From a virus (taxonomy: Duplodnaviria > Caudoviricetes): a stretch of 59,737 bases of DNA. The stretch spans positions 1 through 59,737 of IMG/VR virus record IMGVR_UViG_3300025889_000127; one strand, 5' to 3'. How positions within the stretch are numbered: the first letter of the stretch is position 1; every line of letters begins with the position of its first letter. Under the pieces are notes generated by a model that was not told where the DNA came from, did not search any database, and worked only from the letters and a program-made list of their open reading frames with translations. The position numbers were made by a program, and so were the translations under genes. Shown here piece after piece: positions 8,707-19,574 of this stretch.

Positions 8707-9885
8707 TTACAGATCGAGCTTAAGTTTAAATGTATACTCGTCAATCTCTTTCTTCATAACAGGGTTGGCTAACTTAGCAACGCCGATGAGATTCTTGTCA
8801 TCATCAAAAATACCAATCTCTGTTATGAATGTCTGCTTTGAGAAATCTTCCTCAAAGTCGCAATACTGGCTTTGGATTGTGTTCTTGATAATCAACTGTC
8901 TTGGTTCCACATATCCGCTACTGCCTGTGATTGTTAGGTCTCTCCAACTTCCGTTGGATGAACTGAGCCAGGTTGGATTCAATGAGTTGTTTAGCTCGCC
9001 TGGTTGGGCTGTAGCAAACATTGTCATTGTTGGTATTTTTTGTGTTCCCTTGAAAGTGATAGTCCCAACACTTGCAGTGGCAAAGCCACCGCTCCCTGTA
9101 GCCTCATAGGCTCCAAAGTAGGTCCACCTTGAGGTGACCTCTGTACCAGTGCCCTCGTAATCGTCGTAGTTGTTCGCAATAGTGACGGAAGAGGTTAGAA
9201 GAATAAACCCTTCGTTGTAAAGAACAACCCCAACAGTTGAGCCGCTCGTGGCTCCCATAGTAGAGACTAGTTCTCCATTCTGTCGAAGATCTTTTGCTTC
9301 GTCCATCAAAGAGCCAGTATAGTAAAACTTAAGGCTTACTGAACCTTTCTCTATTCCTGAGTCGAAGAAGACTGATGGTATCTCAAACATATTGACAGCA
9401 GCTTCATCATACACATCGTCATACTTGTAGCTATTACTGATGTAGCGATAGTAGTTCATTGTATTCTTGAGTGATACAAGCTTCTTTCTGTTGGTGATGT
9501 AGGCATCTTTTGCTGCATCAGAGCCATTAGGAAACGGATTTGTTGTTGCTCCAAAGTACTGTCGATATATTGAAGCGGTCAAAGGATAAGATCCAGTTAT
9601 GGTAGAGCCATAATCAAGCGCTTCGTAAGCTTCTGTGGTTACGTTTGGAAACGACAACCAATAGCCGTCCTTTGTTATAAAAGGATATATAAGTTCTTGT
9701 GTTGTACCATCACGGTCAACGTTTATTTCATATAAACTTATAGATCCCGTGGGAATGTTTACTCCCATATGTCGATCATTGTTGACATATGCAGAGCCGC
9801 TGTACATTAGAAATTCATATTCAGGATGAGCAATCATCCTGTTAATGAAAATATCATCTCTGCCAAACTTGTGGAGGTATGACAT
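8707..9885 (-). CDS. Baseplate/tail structural protein with a collar-fibre-like C-terminal motif
   Basis: C-terminal FITEIGIFDDDKNLIGVAKLANP..K.....TFKLKLD, paralogous to 9897-10991; baseplate context. Confidence 0.65.
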   Translation of the reverse strand: MSYLHKFGRDDIFINRMIAHPEYEFLMYSGSAYVNNDRHMGVNIPTGSISLYEINVDRDGTTQELIYPFITKDGYWLSFPNVTTEAYEALDYGSTITGSYPLTASIYRQYFGATTNPFPNGSDAAKDAYITNRKKLVSLKNTMNYYRYISNSYKYDDVYDEAAVNMFEIPSVFFDSGIEKGSVSLKFYYTGSLMDEAKDLRQNGELVSTMGATSGSTVGVVLYNEGFILLTSSVTIANNYDDYEGTGTEVTSRWTYFGAYEATGSGGFATASVGTITFKGTQKIPTMTMFATAQPGELNNSLNPTWLSSSNGSWRDLTITGSSGYVEPRQLIIKNTIQSQYCDFEEDFSKQTFITEIGIFDDDKNLIGVAKLANPVMKKEIDEYTFKLKLDL

Positions 9886-9896
9886 GCAGCCTCCTT

Positions 9897-10991
9897 TTAG
9901 TAATCTAGTCTGACCCTAAGAGTGTACTCGTCAGCAGGAGTCTTCTTTAGAGGCTCACTTAGCTTACCGACAGCAAGAAGCTCGTTATTAGCTCCATACA
10001 ATCCAACTGTTGTAATGTAGGAAACTGGATCGTCTGTGCTTACATCTTTGACACGGATCTGACTTGAGCTAAGATATGTTGGGTTACTGCTATAGTTGAA
10101 CTCATTAGATCCAGCACGACAGAAGTAGATTGTTGAGTTAAGCTCTGTAGTGTTGTTGAAATCAATGTCATTGACACGGTGACGAATAGCATCAGCAGAA
10201 GCACTGATAGCGCCAGATACCATTAGTTGAATCGCTGTCTGACCTGCACTATCTAGTTCTGAGTCTGATGCCTCTGTTGTTACCGCAGCATCAAAAACAG
10301 ATGCAGTCAACACAGCAATACCAGCCTGATAGAAGACTAGGCCCAGAGCAAGATCTGATGTAGTTGGTGTACCAGTTGTACTTCCATAAAGAATATTATA
10401 TTCACCGACAGGTGAGTTCACAAGAGCGTTTGTTGCATTAGCGTCCTGTAGAGTTAGTCTTGCTGCTGTTGTTTGTGGAACAGCATATGTTGAATCTACA
10501 TTGAGGCTAAGAGTAAATCCGCCAGCAGAGACTTTTTGTATTTCATCTTTTGTCAAAAGTCTTGCAAAGTTAACGAAGTATACTTGACCCATCTTGTTTG
10601 TTGGTGATAAGGCGAAGGAACCGCTGGCATCAAACTTGTTGATGTTACCATCTGAGTCATAGCCGCAAAGCATCTGAGCCATTTCATTGTAGATATCTTG
10701 TTTTTGGTTCTGCTGAGTAACACCGTCAAGGCTTGCAGCAGCCATATTAGCTGCATCCATACCAAGTGTCAAATCCATAATATGGTTTGCAGATGAACTT
10801 AGATAAGGGTAATCATAAACAGACTGGAACATACCGTGTGAGTAGTTCTTTACGTTTGTTGGCTCTGGTGGAGTACTAGTGTCGTTATATGTTCCAGATA
10901 GAATAGTACCAGTTAGAGGAATAGCCTCATGAAGTTTGGTCATGTTCTGTAGAACATTCTCACTCAATAGTGTTTTAAAACTTGTTGCCAT
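9897..10991 (-). CDS. Baseplate/tail structural protein with a collar-fibre-like C-terminal motif
   Basis: EFNYSSNPTY..YITTVGLYGANNELLAVGKLSEPLKK...LRVRLDY. Confidence 0.65.
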   Translation of the reverse strand: MATSFKTLLSENVLQNMTKLHEAIPLTGTILSGTYNDTSTPPEPTNVKNYSHGMFQSVYDYPYLSSSANHIMDLTLGMDAANMAAASLDGVTQQNQKQDIYNEMAQMLCGYDSDGNINKFDASGSFALSPTNKMGQVYFVNFARLLTKDEIQKVSAGGFTLSLNVDSTYAVPQTTAARLTLQDANATNALVNSPVGEYNILYGSTTGTPTTSDLALGLVFYQAGIAVLTASVFDAAVTTEASDSELDSAGQTAIQLMVSGAISASADAIRHRVNDIDFNNTTELNSTIYFCRAGSNEFNYSSNPTYLSSSQIRVKDVSTDDPVSYITTVGLYGANNELLAVGKLSEPLKKTPADEYTLRVRLDY

Positions 10992-11003
10992 TTTTTATTC
11001 CTT

Positions 11004-11963
11004 CTATTCTTTCTTCAAAAGTTGTAGAGGTATATCTGTTCTATACCCAGTAGTGAAGCCAGTGACTCTCATAACAGTGTCTAGGATACTAAAAGTACCT
11101 GTTAGACCTGAGACTGATTGACCTGTCTTTCCTAACTGGGAGAACAAGGTAGTGCTAACCTGTACATCTAGGGATGCTTTCAAGTTTACCTTCAGTCTTG
11201 GTCCTAGGCGACCTGTTGAGTCAGTTGGACCGATTACTTTTCCTGGGCTTCTTGCATCAACACCAACACCTACAATATCAGGCATAGAGAAATAATCTGG
11301 GTTTGAGTTCATTGAAAAGTAGTAACTAGCGACACTGTCGTCATCGATAAAGGTTGGTGTAGCCAATGTACCATCACCTGTGGATAGTTGCATTAGGCGA
11401 TTATCAACCTCAATGATGTACTGAGTTTCCATAAGGTTTCTTTGAGTGTCGGACAAAAGACCTAGTGAAAGATCTGATGTATCGAGACCTTGGTCAAAGA
11501 CTACTCTTGAAACTGCATCGGATGCTCCATCTTCTGCTGCTCGGTATCCCTGGGATGAGAAGCCTGTTCCTCCTGGAAAATCCTGGTTGATCTGTGTTGT
11601 TGTGGATGTATCTACAGAAACTCTGTAACCACCAGAGGAAAGAGTAGGTGCGCCAAAGTCACTCAAGTTATTCAACTTGATAACTGGCAAGTACAAAAGA
11701 GAGTTATCTGCATATGTCAATAGCTTGTTCTTTAGAACACTTGTATTGTTTGTAAAAGCCTCAAATATTGGAAGCTGTAGGATTCTAAGGTCTTCATAAC
11801 CTGAAGATGTCAATGGAGTATAAAGAGAATAATCTATCTCGTCATCCCCGAGGGCGAACTTGGTAATCTTGAAGCTTCCATCCCCAGCAGCAAGTCTCTT
11901 TCTACCTGCGTCGGTTAGGACAGCATCTAAAATAATGTCGCCGCTATTGTCTAAAAATGCCAT
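11004..11963 (-). CDS. Baseplate/tail structural protein with a collar-fibre-like N-terminal motif
   Basis: ILDAVLTDAGRKRLA...ITKFALGDDEIDY; SD GAGG upstream. Confidence 0.65.
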   Translation of the reverse strand: MAFLDNSGDIILDAVLTDAGRKRLAAGDGSFKITKFALGDDEIDYSLYTPLTSSGYEDLRILQLPIFEAFTNNTSVLKNKLLTYADNSLLYLPVIKLNNLSDFGAPTLSSGGYRVSVDTSTTTQINQDFPGGTGFSSQGYRAAEDGASDAVSRVVFDQGLDTSDLSLGLLSDTQRNLMETQYIIEVDNRLMQLSTGDGTLATPTFIDDDSVASYYFSMNSNPDYFSMPDIVGVGVDARSPGKVIGPTDSTGRLGPRLKVNLKASLDVQVSTTLFSQLGKTGQSVSGLTGTFSILDTVMRVTGFTTGYRTDIPLQLLKKE

Positions 11964-11999
11964 ATCTTTTCCTCTTTACACTACTGTGGTAGTTCTTAT

Positions 12000-12007
12000 T
12001 AAGTAGT
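12000..12007 (-). promoter_or_regulatory. Putative late promoter ACTACTTA
   Basis: Motif in the intergenic gap upstream of 11963. Confidence 0.55.
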
Positions 12008-12032
12008 ATCCTTTTATCAAAATTGGTTTTTC

Positions 12033-14957
12033 TTATTCACAATCCAAAATATTTCCCTCTTCGGGAGTTATTGTTTTTTCTCTTACATTAATTTTCAAGT
12101 CAAACTTTCGACCAGTGTCACGGGATGTAAACCTAAAGACAAAGGTACCGTCTGAAACTGATTTGCCTTGCTGAGATGCAAGGTTCTTTATACCTGTCAG
12201 CACGTTGTTTTCATCTCTTTCCGTAAATGGGAAAGATTGAATCTCTGATGCGGCGATTTGTATAAATCGTGCGAACTTCTTGGTTGGCACCTTGTTGGAG
12301 GTTGGCTTGAAGTTGAATAGTTCAATCTCTGGAACATAAAGACCCTTCTCGTAAACCAATCTTACACGATATATTGGAGATGGTAAAGATGGGTTGCCGT
12401 GAGCATCCTCAACAAAACAAGTGTAGTAATAATATGTATTGACCAATAAGTCATCTAAAATGTCATATGATAACACGGTTTCTTCACGCTCATCAGGATC
12501 TGTAGATAAAGTTCGGATCTCCCCAGTTTCACTGGTAAAGAAAGAAGTATAAAGATCATTATACTCTGTTACTGATAGGTCCAAGTCTCTTGTCCTAAGG
12601 AGTTGAACTTTTTTTATTTCATCTGTGCCTTCGTTTTTGTATTCCAAATATCCATTCCTTAATCCATAGTTTTCAAACTGTCTCTGATATTCAAAGAGAG
12701 ACTGTATCCTATCTTGGACGCCTGGTATATTGATTAGGGGCAAAGCATAATCACCTGTATAGTAACCTGTGTTTGGGTGGACAACAACTTTTACTTGTCG
12801 ATAGTTGTTCAACAAAGGAAGGATCTGAAGGTCTGGGGCAGCAGGAGGTCTGTCCATTACTCTTACTTGTGGATAACTAATCCCAAACTCAAGACCTGGT
12901 AAGTCTTGAACACTATAGAAAGACCCATAGATTGGAACTTCAATAACTTCTACAACAGGAGTCTCTATTGTTTCTATCTCATAAAGAACTCTTGATGGCG
13001 GAAGGGTGTCAGGTTTGGCTTGGTCTGATCCTTGTGCAAACTCTGCTGGCTCCTGTCCAAACACAACCATCTCGTACTGAGTGCTAACCGATAGCCTAAA
13101 CTCGCTGAGTTCATATCTGTAGTTGCTGTCATACTTTACTTGAGTGTCCACATATCTGATCTCTTTTGTCTCAAGGTTGTTTCCAAATATTATTTCTTGT
13201 ACCTTTTGACCATCAGAATCAAACTTAGCCAATCTGTAGCCTAGAGCCTCGGAGTGGCTTTGGGATTGAAGATTTGACATCAAAGCTGCGTAACTTGTAG
13301 CCTCTTGTGATACGATAGACCTGGTGCCGATAGATGTTCGTTCCAGGTTTTCCATCTGTTGATCAGTAAGAAAAACTCCAGTTACTGGCTCTAGTCCATT
13401 CTTGGTAACTGTTAGACCTTGGACAACTTCTTTGTCTAGACCATAATCAAGAGCTTCATATATGTCGGAAACTTTTAGATTCCTATTTCCCATATCAAAC
13501 AGTGTGGCGATGTACTCATCTTCGCTCTCACCTGTTTGGTCAGAAAAAGCATTACCAATAAAAAGATCTGTCTTGATATTGTATTCTTTGTCTTGCCCTT
13601 CGTTGAAGCTAAGAAAGTCAAGCATTGTTGTACTGGTGTTGTTATCCTGAACTAGTTGCCCGACTGGTCCTAAATCATCGGAAGCAAAAGAAGTTTCTAT
13701 GTGCATTGGGAAAAATGCTTTCTTCTCATTTACTTCTTGTAATACTTCTAGATCTGTAGATGGGAATATAGTCTTCGAAACAAGATTGTCTATCTTGACT
13801 TTTTGATCGTCCGTAAGGTTACATTCTAGTTCTTTTGAGTATACTCGGAGGTAGTCTGACATACTAGTGTCGTTTAGTAGGTTTTGGTTTTGTCTTATTC
13901 TGCCGTCGAGAGTCACAGATGTGCCATACTTGTTCTGTATCAAGTTGGCAACTGATGGGTCTCCCTGCCAGCCTTGTCCAATCGCTATACCCTCGATGGT
14001 AACTTCCGCAGATGTATACAAATCGTACAAATAAAGATTAGGCTGAACTGTCTCGGTGACTGTTGAGCCACTCACTGCTTGTTCATATTGTTCGTTGAAG
14101 AGAGTATATTCTGGATCTACTTCAGATGTACCCTCGTCATTCCTAAGACCGCTGTTCAAAGCCAAGAAAGGATAGATTTCCGCCCTTGTTACAAAAGGAG
14201 TGTCCTCTGATATCTGAAGGAGTTCGTAAGTTGTTCTTTGTTCTTGTGGCACATTTGTCAATAGTGCTCTTAGTCCATCCATTCCAAACTGTTGCCTGAC
14301 TGCTTCATAAACAGCCATCTTGTCCTGTAATGGCACCCGAGGATTGGTGTACAAATATTCTGCTGCATATTCATAGATATCACCCAAGTCATCCCCTACT
14401 AGTCCTGGGATTATTCCACGATTCAAAAGGTCAGTAACCCTTTGATACAAAGGACCTCGTGTATCTGATAGCCTCATTATGATTTCTAAGAAAGGTCTGG
14501 CAAGTTCCGAAAGTTCTGTAATGTTTACATTATCATATAGTGAAATAGCGGCAAGGGATTGTTTAATGGCTTCTGCTCGTCCGAACAGAACTTTATCAAT
14601 TGTATTGATTCTTAGTTGCTGTAATACTTTTGGCAAACTAATAACTTGACCATCAGGACCCCTTGTAAGATACTCATTGTCTCTTATTGTTGCATCATCT
14701 TGTAAAGTAGATTTATGAGCAATAGCCCAATCATCCATCTGTTTTTGTGTTGGTAGTTTTGTGGCATTTACATTATTTTGTTCGTACCCGCCAAGTGACC
14801 AGTTGATTTTACTGCCACCTTCAATCTCTGATGCTAGCAAAGATGAATCTTCAGTTACTGGCTTACTAAACCCAGCACTAGAATAGAATCTTCTTAGCGG
14901 ATCATATTTCTGAGAAGTGTCTGGTAATGATATCTGTAGTTTTCTTTTGTAAGTCAT
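12033..14957 (-). CDS. Large hypothetical virion protein (974 aa), possibly with FN3-like beta modules
   Basis: ORF track; YVDTQVKYDSNYRYEL and DDLLVNTYYYYT..EDAHGNPS.PS resemble FN3-type strands; tail-module context. Confidence 0.6.
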   Translation of the reverse strand: MTYKRKLQISLPDTSQKYDPLRRFYSSAGFSKPVTEDSSLLASEIEGGSKINWSLGGYEQNNVNATKLPTQKQMDDWAIAHKSTLQDDATIRDNEYLTRGPDGQVISLPKVLQQLRINTIDKVLFGRAEAIKQSLAAISLYDNVNITELSELARPFLEIIMRLSDTRGPLYQRVTDLLNRGIIPGLVGDDLGDIYEYAAEYLYTNPRVPLQDKMAVYEAVRQQFGMDGLRALLTNVPQEQRTTYELLQISEDTPFVTRAEIYPFLALNSGLRNDEGTSEVDPEYTLFNEQYEQAVSGSTVTETVQPNLYLYDLYTSAEVTIEGIAIGQGWQGDPSVANLIQNKYGTSVTLDGRIRQNQNLLNDTSMSDYLRVYSKELECNLTDDQKVKIDNLVSKTIFPSTDLEVLQEVNEKKAFFPMHIETSFASDDLGPVGQLVQDNNTSTTMLDFLSFNEGQDKEYNIKTDLFIGNAFSDQTGESEDEYIATLFDMGNRNLKVSDIYEALDYGLDKEVVQGLTVTKNGLEPVTGVFLTDQQMENLERTSIGTRSIVSQEATSYAALMSNLQSQSHSEALGYRLAKFDSDGQKVQEIIFGNNLETKEIRYVDTQVKYDSNYRYELSEFRLSVSTQYEMVVFGQEPAEFAQGSDQAKPDTLPPSRVLYEIETIETPVVEVIEVPIYGSFYSVQDLPGLEFGISYPQVRVMDRPPAAPDLQILPLLNNYRQVKVVVHPNTGYYTGDYALPLINIPGVQDRIQSLFEYQRQFENYGLRNGYLEYKNEGTDEIKKVQLLRTRDLDLSVTEYNDLYTSFFTSETGEIRTLSTDPDEREETVLSYDILDDLLVNTYYYYTCFVEDAHGNPSLPSPIYRVRLVYEKGLYVPEIELFNFKPTSNKVPTKKFARFIQIAASEIQSFPFTERDENNVLTGIKNLASQQGKSVSDGTFVFRFTSRDTGRKFDLKINVREKTITPEEGNILDCE

Positions 14958-17900
14958 TTATTCTTCCCCGAAGTATCCTGGTCCCACTAATCCGAAAACT
15001 TCTTCTCGTGGTTCTTCTTTTTTTGGAGGATTTGGTGATGGAGTCTGAACAGGATCGCCAACACCAAGAAGAAAGTATTGATTATATATTGGCAACTCTA
15101 ATGCTTCTTTACGTTCAAAGTATTTTCTTAGTTTCTCTAAGACTGGTTCTTTGTATTGGCTAAGAATATCGGAATAGTCCATTGGAGACATCATTCTAAC
15201 TCGACACAACAAACTCTTTTGAGCTTTTACAGCATCCTCAACAACTTCTGGCTGTAAGAGTTGCCAACTTGGCAACTTTGTTCTATCAACAATAGATTCG
15301 TCTATCTGACCCAACTGAAAAACTTCAGAGTAAAAATCTTCATTGACAGCGAGATTTCCAAAACTGTCCAAGTATTCGATTCTAGCAATTTGTTTATAGT
15401 TCATCCAAAATGTCAAGAACTTAGCGTATATCTTCATTGGATCGTAAGTCTTGAAATAAGGAGGTTCATCGGGAGCGTTAGCAGAGAAGCTGATCAAATG
15501 TTCCTCTTCTCCAGTGTCCTGATCTGAAAGGAGTGGTCGGCAAGCATCAAAGGATATATCTTCATCGCCAAAACGCAAGCCTTGGTTTGTTGTAGATATT
15601 ATTATCGCACTCTTGACTTGGTTAGGTAAATCTGAAAGGAAAGTATTTTGCAAAACAGTTAGCAAACTATCGCTTGTAATGCCTGTGATGTTTGTAAACT
15701 CTCTGAGAGAGTTGAACTCTTTATCTTCATAGTCAGTCATAAAGTCAAGTGTCTTATCTACAGTTAGTTCACCTAAGATAGCAAATGGTAGTTTGATTGG
15801 TCTATCTTCCTGCAAGTCTTTTATCAACTGCCTGTCCAGTGTTCCCTTTGATTTATTAGGATCTGTTTGGGAAATAGAATCTTCAATACTGTCTATGAAA
15901 CTTATTATGCTAGGGTTTGTATTATTTTGCCCGCCAATAAGAGTTGGAATAGCCAATGGTCCATTTCTGAAGATTGAGATTGATGATCTTGTGAAGTTAT
16001 CCCCTACTGTTGGGGGAACTTCGCCAGTTGAAATCTTAGGCTCTCTATACTGTGGCTTGATATCAAAACTTATCTCAACGCCGTGCTGTTCTTCAAGAGC
16101 TTTGATTACAGAGTTGTATAGTCCATTGTTTTCTGTTTGCCCTTCGTTTAGTTCGATAACAGTTGGGTTGGTTTGACGATTCTCAGCAAAGTATCTAAGA
16201 TTAGCTATATCGGAGAAAAGCTGTCCGTATCGATTTAGGTCATACCTGACTACTGGGTTTGCCTGTCCACCAGCATTTGTTTGTACAATCTGTTTTCTGT
16301 CTGGGGTTCGGATGACCCTAGCAGTCATATATCCATACGATGGGTTTCTGAAGCTGCCAATAGGTGTTGCTGCTGCTTCAGCATTCTGGGTTTGGAAGTA
16401 TTTTTCAAACTCTAAGTTGATTCTTTCAATAAGCTGATCGACGGAAAGCCTAGACAAGCCATCTAAGTTCCCAAGATCCGACTCTCTTGTGAAGATGAAG
16501 TCAGACCCGAGCCCAAAGTTTTCCCCTTCGGATTTAGTGGTATCAAAATAGTGTTCACCCTGAACTAGTGGGACCTTCCTCTGGCAGAAACCTCTTCTTT
16601 GCAGATTAGATTGCTGACTAACATCCAATCCTCTGCCCATAGGATCATTCGGAAATATCTCAGTCAACTTACGATAGATAAGCTGGATCCCTATATCCAT
16701 TAGCTTTTCTATATCCTTGATAACCAAAGGATCAATGAGACCGTCGTTCTTTTGAAATTCTTGGCGATAGAAATCTCTAATGTTTATTCTTCCCGCTTCA
16801 AACTCAAAAGGAACAAGATCATCTAGTATTTGTTGGTATTGTGATATGGCATCTAAAAGAGCAGTTTCATATATTTGAACCCTTCCATCGAGAGTGCCCT
16901 TTATATCTGCCAATGGTACATTTAGAGTGAGTGTTGTAGGGTTGTAAAGGTTTCTACCATCATTCACTACGCCACCCTGGTAGCCTGCTGGTGTTGGAAC
17001 AGAGTTGACAATATTATCAAACACTTCAGTCACTAGAGATTTTCTCTCTGTGAGGAACCTTACCATATTTCTCATAAAAATAGGAGCAGCATCATAGACA
17101 ACATATTCTACACCGTAGATAATATCAGTATTCAAAACTTCATATTTATCTGGAATTTCTTTTGTTGGATCAGCTAAGGAATCTTTACCCTCAAAGAATA
17201 TAGTTTTATTCTCTACACTCCTTGTGTTGTTGGGATTAAGATACACACCTTGCACTGGATTAGCTTCCCCAATGGTCTTTTCTCTAAAGGTGTAGTTTGG
17301 TCCTAGTGGCTTTTTACCACCTTCAGTCCCAAGGTCATTGATTGGCATCCTTGCGTCCTTGTCCACCATCCTTCTGATAACATTCATCCTTAAGACCCTT
17401 GAGGGGTCGGAGTTTGGATTATCCATTAGTCCTTGTTTGTTTATCAGTTGGTTTGATATATTTGGACTACGATACAAGAAAGGGAAATAACTATTTGCAA
17501 TCAAGCTTGACTCTAGATCAAAGGCAAACATAAATCTATTGTTTTCATCACTGTCTTTAGTAACCCACAAATCACTAAAGAAGTTGTCTCTTTTTACTAC
17601 CTTGTTTATCTCTGGCTTATCGTCCAAGATTGATCGAGACAATCTTCCGTATACTCTATCAAACATACTGTTGACACGCTCAATGGTAACATTTTGAGGG
17701 TTCAAATCAATTCGCTGAAATAGAGAAGCCTCAGGTGCCTCAATGGTTGTAGTATCGAGATAATCTCCATTTGGTAGTTGCTTACCAATACCTCTGTAAG
17801 GATTTTCTGGAGCTATTCTAGGCCATACTGTTCTCTCGCCGATAACTGTTGCTGTACGAGAAAAGCTCATTCCAGTTACGAGGGATATTTGTGGCAAGTT

Positions 17901-18635
17901 GAACTCTTGACCTGGTTCTACAAATTTAGAGTCATATATGAACATATAAAAGGTAAGCTGCTCTAAATCTTCCTCAGGAAGCTCAAAAACAACTGGTTCT
18001 AAATAAACTCTTTGCAAGTTTTGCGTACTAACACGAGACACAAGCCTTATGAACACCTCACTCCAGTCAGTATTCTGATCAGCAAGCTGAGCCTCTGGAT
18101 ATCCAACAATAGTTGCAGGGTCGGTACTTGTGACAGACCTTCTTATAATATCACCATTCTGATCTCTGACAGTTTCCAGAAGGGGAAGATCATAATATAT
18201 TGTTCCGTCCAAAACATCTTCAGACGAGAATCGATTTAAGAACTTTTGTGGTATTATTGACCTTTCGGTAGAATAAGGTGAGAAAGGCTGTGATTCACTA
18301 AGAACAAAAGAGTCGGTCTCAAGATCTCGTCTTAGAAACTCAACATATTTATTTGCTGGGTTTTGTCTTCTAAATTGTAGTGAACTCTTTTCGTTTATAA
18401 GATACTCATTACTTCTTTGAGTAACATAATCAATAAGTTGAGATGATTGCTTATTATATGAAGCAACGATTCTGATTCTTAGGTCTTCAAGATCTTTATC
18501 CATGTCTTCGACTTTGGATACCGCCTGAGTAAAAGAAGCATTAACGATGCCAAGCTTTCTGCTTTCTTCTCCACTTCGACTCACCTCCAAGGTGATTGAT
18601 CCAAAATCTAAACTTTTTATTGACCTTAATAACAT
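14958..18635 (-). CDS. Large hypothetical virion protein (1225 aa)
   Basis: Long ORF abutting its neighbours in the baseplate module; no motif recognised. Confidence 0.6.
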   Translation of the reverse strand: MLLRSIKSLDFGSITLEVSRSGEESRKLGIVNASFTQAVSKVEDMDKDLEDLRIRIVASYNKQSSQLIDYVTQRSNEYLINEKSSLQFRRQNPANKYVEFLRRDLETDSFVLSESQPFSPYSTERSIIPQKFLNRFSSEDVLDGTIYYDLPLLETVRDQNGDIIRRSVTSTDPATIVGYPEAQLADQNTDWSEVFIRLVSRVSTQNLQRVYLEPVVFELPEEDLEQLTFYMFIYDSKFVEPGQEFNLPQISLVTGMSFSRTATVIGERTVWPRIAPENPYRGIGKQLPNGDYLDTTTIEAPEASLFQRIDLNPQNVTIERVNSMFDRVYGRLSRSILDDKPEINKVVKRDNFFSDLWVTKDSDENNRFMFAFDLESSLIANSYFPFLYRSPNISNQLINKQGLMDNPNSDPSRVLRMNVIRRMVDKDARMPINDLGTEGGKKPLGPNYTFREKTIGEANPVQGVYLNPNNTRSVENKTIFFEGKDSLADPTKEIPDKYEVLNTDIIYGVEYVVYDAAPIFMRNMVRFLTERKSLVTEVFDNIVNSVPTPAGYQGGVVNDGRNLYNPTTLTLNVPLADIKGTLDGRVQIYETALLDAISQYQQILDDLVPFEFEAGRINIRDFYRQEFQKNDGLIDPLVIKDIEKLMDIGIQLIYRKLTEIFPNDPMGRGLDVSQQSNLQRRGFCQRKVPLVQGEHYFDTTKSEGENFGLGSDFIFTRESDLGNLDGLSRLSVDQLIERINLEFEKYFQTQNAEAAATPIGSFRNPSYGYMTARVIRTPDRKQIVQTNAGGQANPVVRYDLNRYGQLFSDIANLRYFAENRQTNPTVIELNEGQTENNGLYNSVIKALEEQHGVEISFDIKPQYREPKISTGEVPPTVGDNFTRSSISIFRNGPLAIPTLIGGQNNTNPSIISFIDSIEDSISQTDPNKSKGTLDRQLIKDLQEDRPIKLPFAILGELTVDKTLDFMTDYEDKEFNSLREFTNITGITSDSLLTVLQNTFLSDLPNQVKSAIIISTTNQGLRFGDEDISFDACRPLLSDQDTGEEEHLISFSANAPDEPPYFKTYDPMKIYAKFLTFWMNYKQIARIEYLDSFGNLAVNEDFYSEVFQLGQIDESIVDRTKLPSWQLLQPEVVEDAVKAQKSLLCRVRMMSPMDYSDILSQYKEPVLEKLRKYFERKEALELPIYNQYFLLGVGDPVQTPSPNPPKKEEPREEVFGLVGPGYFGEE

Positions 18636-18643
18636 TTCTTATC

Positions 18644-19549
18644 CTACACTATTGGTGAGTGTCCTGCTGATGACTGCACGACTTTACAAATGTTCCCTGG
18701 ATTTCTATCGATATTCCTCTTGTAAATCGATGAATTTGTTGGCATCTGAACGCCAGGGACCTCTTGATCTAGCAGAACTTCAAAATAATACTCAACATAT
18801 GTATCATCTAGTACAGGGAAATTGTTCAGTATTTGCTGATCAGATCCTTCTAGAGTGTTAGATAAAACTGTTGGATCAATCTGATCTCTTAGGTTTTCCG
18901 CATTTGATGATTGATCATTGATAAACCCTAGAGCCTGCATCTGCCCTTTTTCATCAACCTTGAATACTTCGAGATCTAAGTTGCCATTCACACTGAAGAC
19001 TGTGTTTAGTTCTAACATATCAAGTATGATATTTTGATTTTCCTCAAGTGTATATGCAGTCGCATCTTCGTTTTGGTGAAGCTGGTATGTCAAGTCCAGT
19101 GAAGCACTAGCAACTGGTAGGGTGTTATTTGCTCGATACTCTACTACATCGTTAAGTTTAGCATCACTATTATTAGTTACTGTGATGTCCCAAGAAGGAG
19201 CAAAATCTGAAAAGGTGCTATTCTTCCCTAAGAACCTGTTGTAAGTTGCACAATACTCTTCTTGTTGATCAAAATAGTTTTTATAGTTTGCACTCGATAG
19301 AGAGATCATTGACTTCTGTGTTGTGCGAAACTTAGTTATTGGTCGAGACCTTGGAGTACTCTCCTTGATTCTATCAACTATTTGATTTTGAGTTTCCGTC
19401 AATCCGCCACGGTCACCATCGTACAAGATGTTTGTATCGTAAAAAGCGTAGTAGGAAGGAGAGAACTTACCCTCAGATAGAAGCTGTCTCCCATACGGAG
19501 TTAGCTCGATTTGAATGACTTCCTGCTTTTGATCGAAGAACTTAACCAT
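18644..19549 (-). CDS. Baseplate structural protein, paralog of the 11004-11963 N-terminus
   Basis: IQIELTPYGRQLLSEGKF...YAFYDTNILYD parallels LDAVLTDAGRKRLA..F...FALGDDEIDY. Confidence 0.6.
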   Translation of the reverse strand: MVKFFDQKQEVIQIELTPYGRQLLSEGKFSPSYYAFYDTNILYDGDRGGLTETQNQIVDRIKESTPRSRPITKFRTTQKSMISLSSANYKNYFDQQEEYCATYNRFLGKNSTFSDFAPSWDITVTNNSDAKLNDVVEYRANNTLPVASASLDLTYQLHQNEDATAYTLEENQNIILDMLELNTVFSVNGNLDLEVFKVDEKGQMQALGFINDQSSNAENLRDQIDPTVLSNTLEGSDQQILNNFPVLDDTYVEYYFEVLLDQEVPGVQMPTNSSIYKRNIDRNPGNICKVVQSSAGHSPIV

Positions 19550-19553
19550 AATC

Positions 19554-19561
19554 TAAATATC
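19554..19561 (-). promoter_or_regulatory. Putative late promoter variant GATATTTA
   Basis: 4 nt upstream of ATG 19549, the same spacing as the copies at 8112 and 40718. Confidence 0.45.
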
Positions 19562-19574
19562 ACCCAATAAGGTT

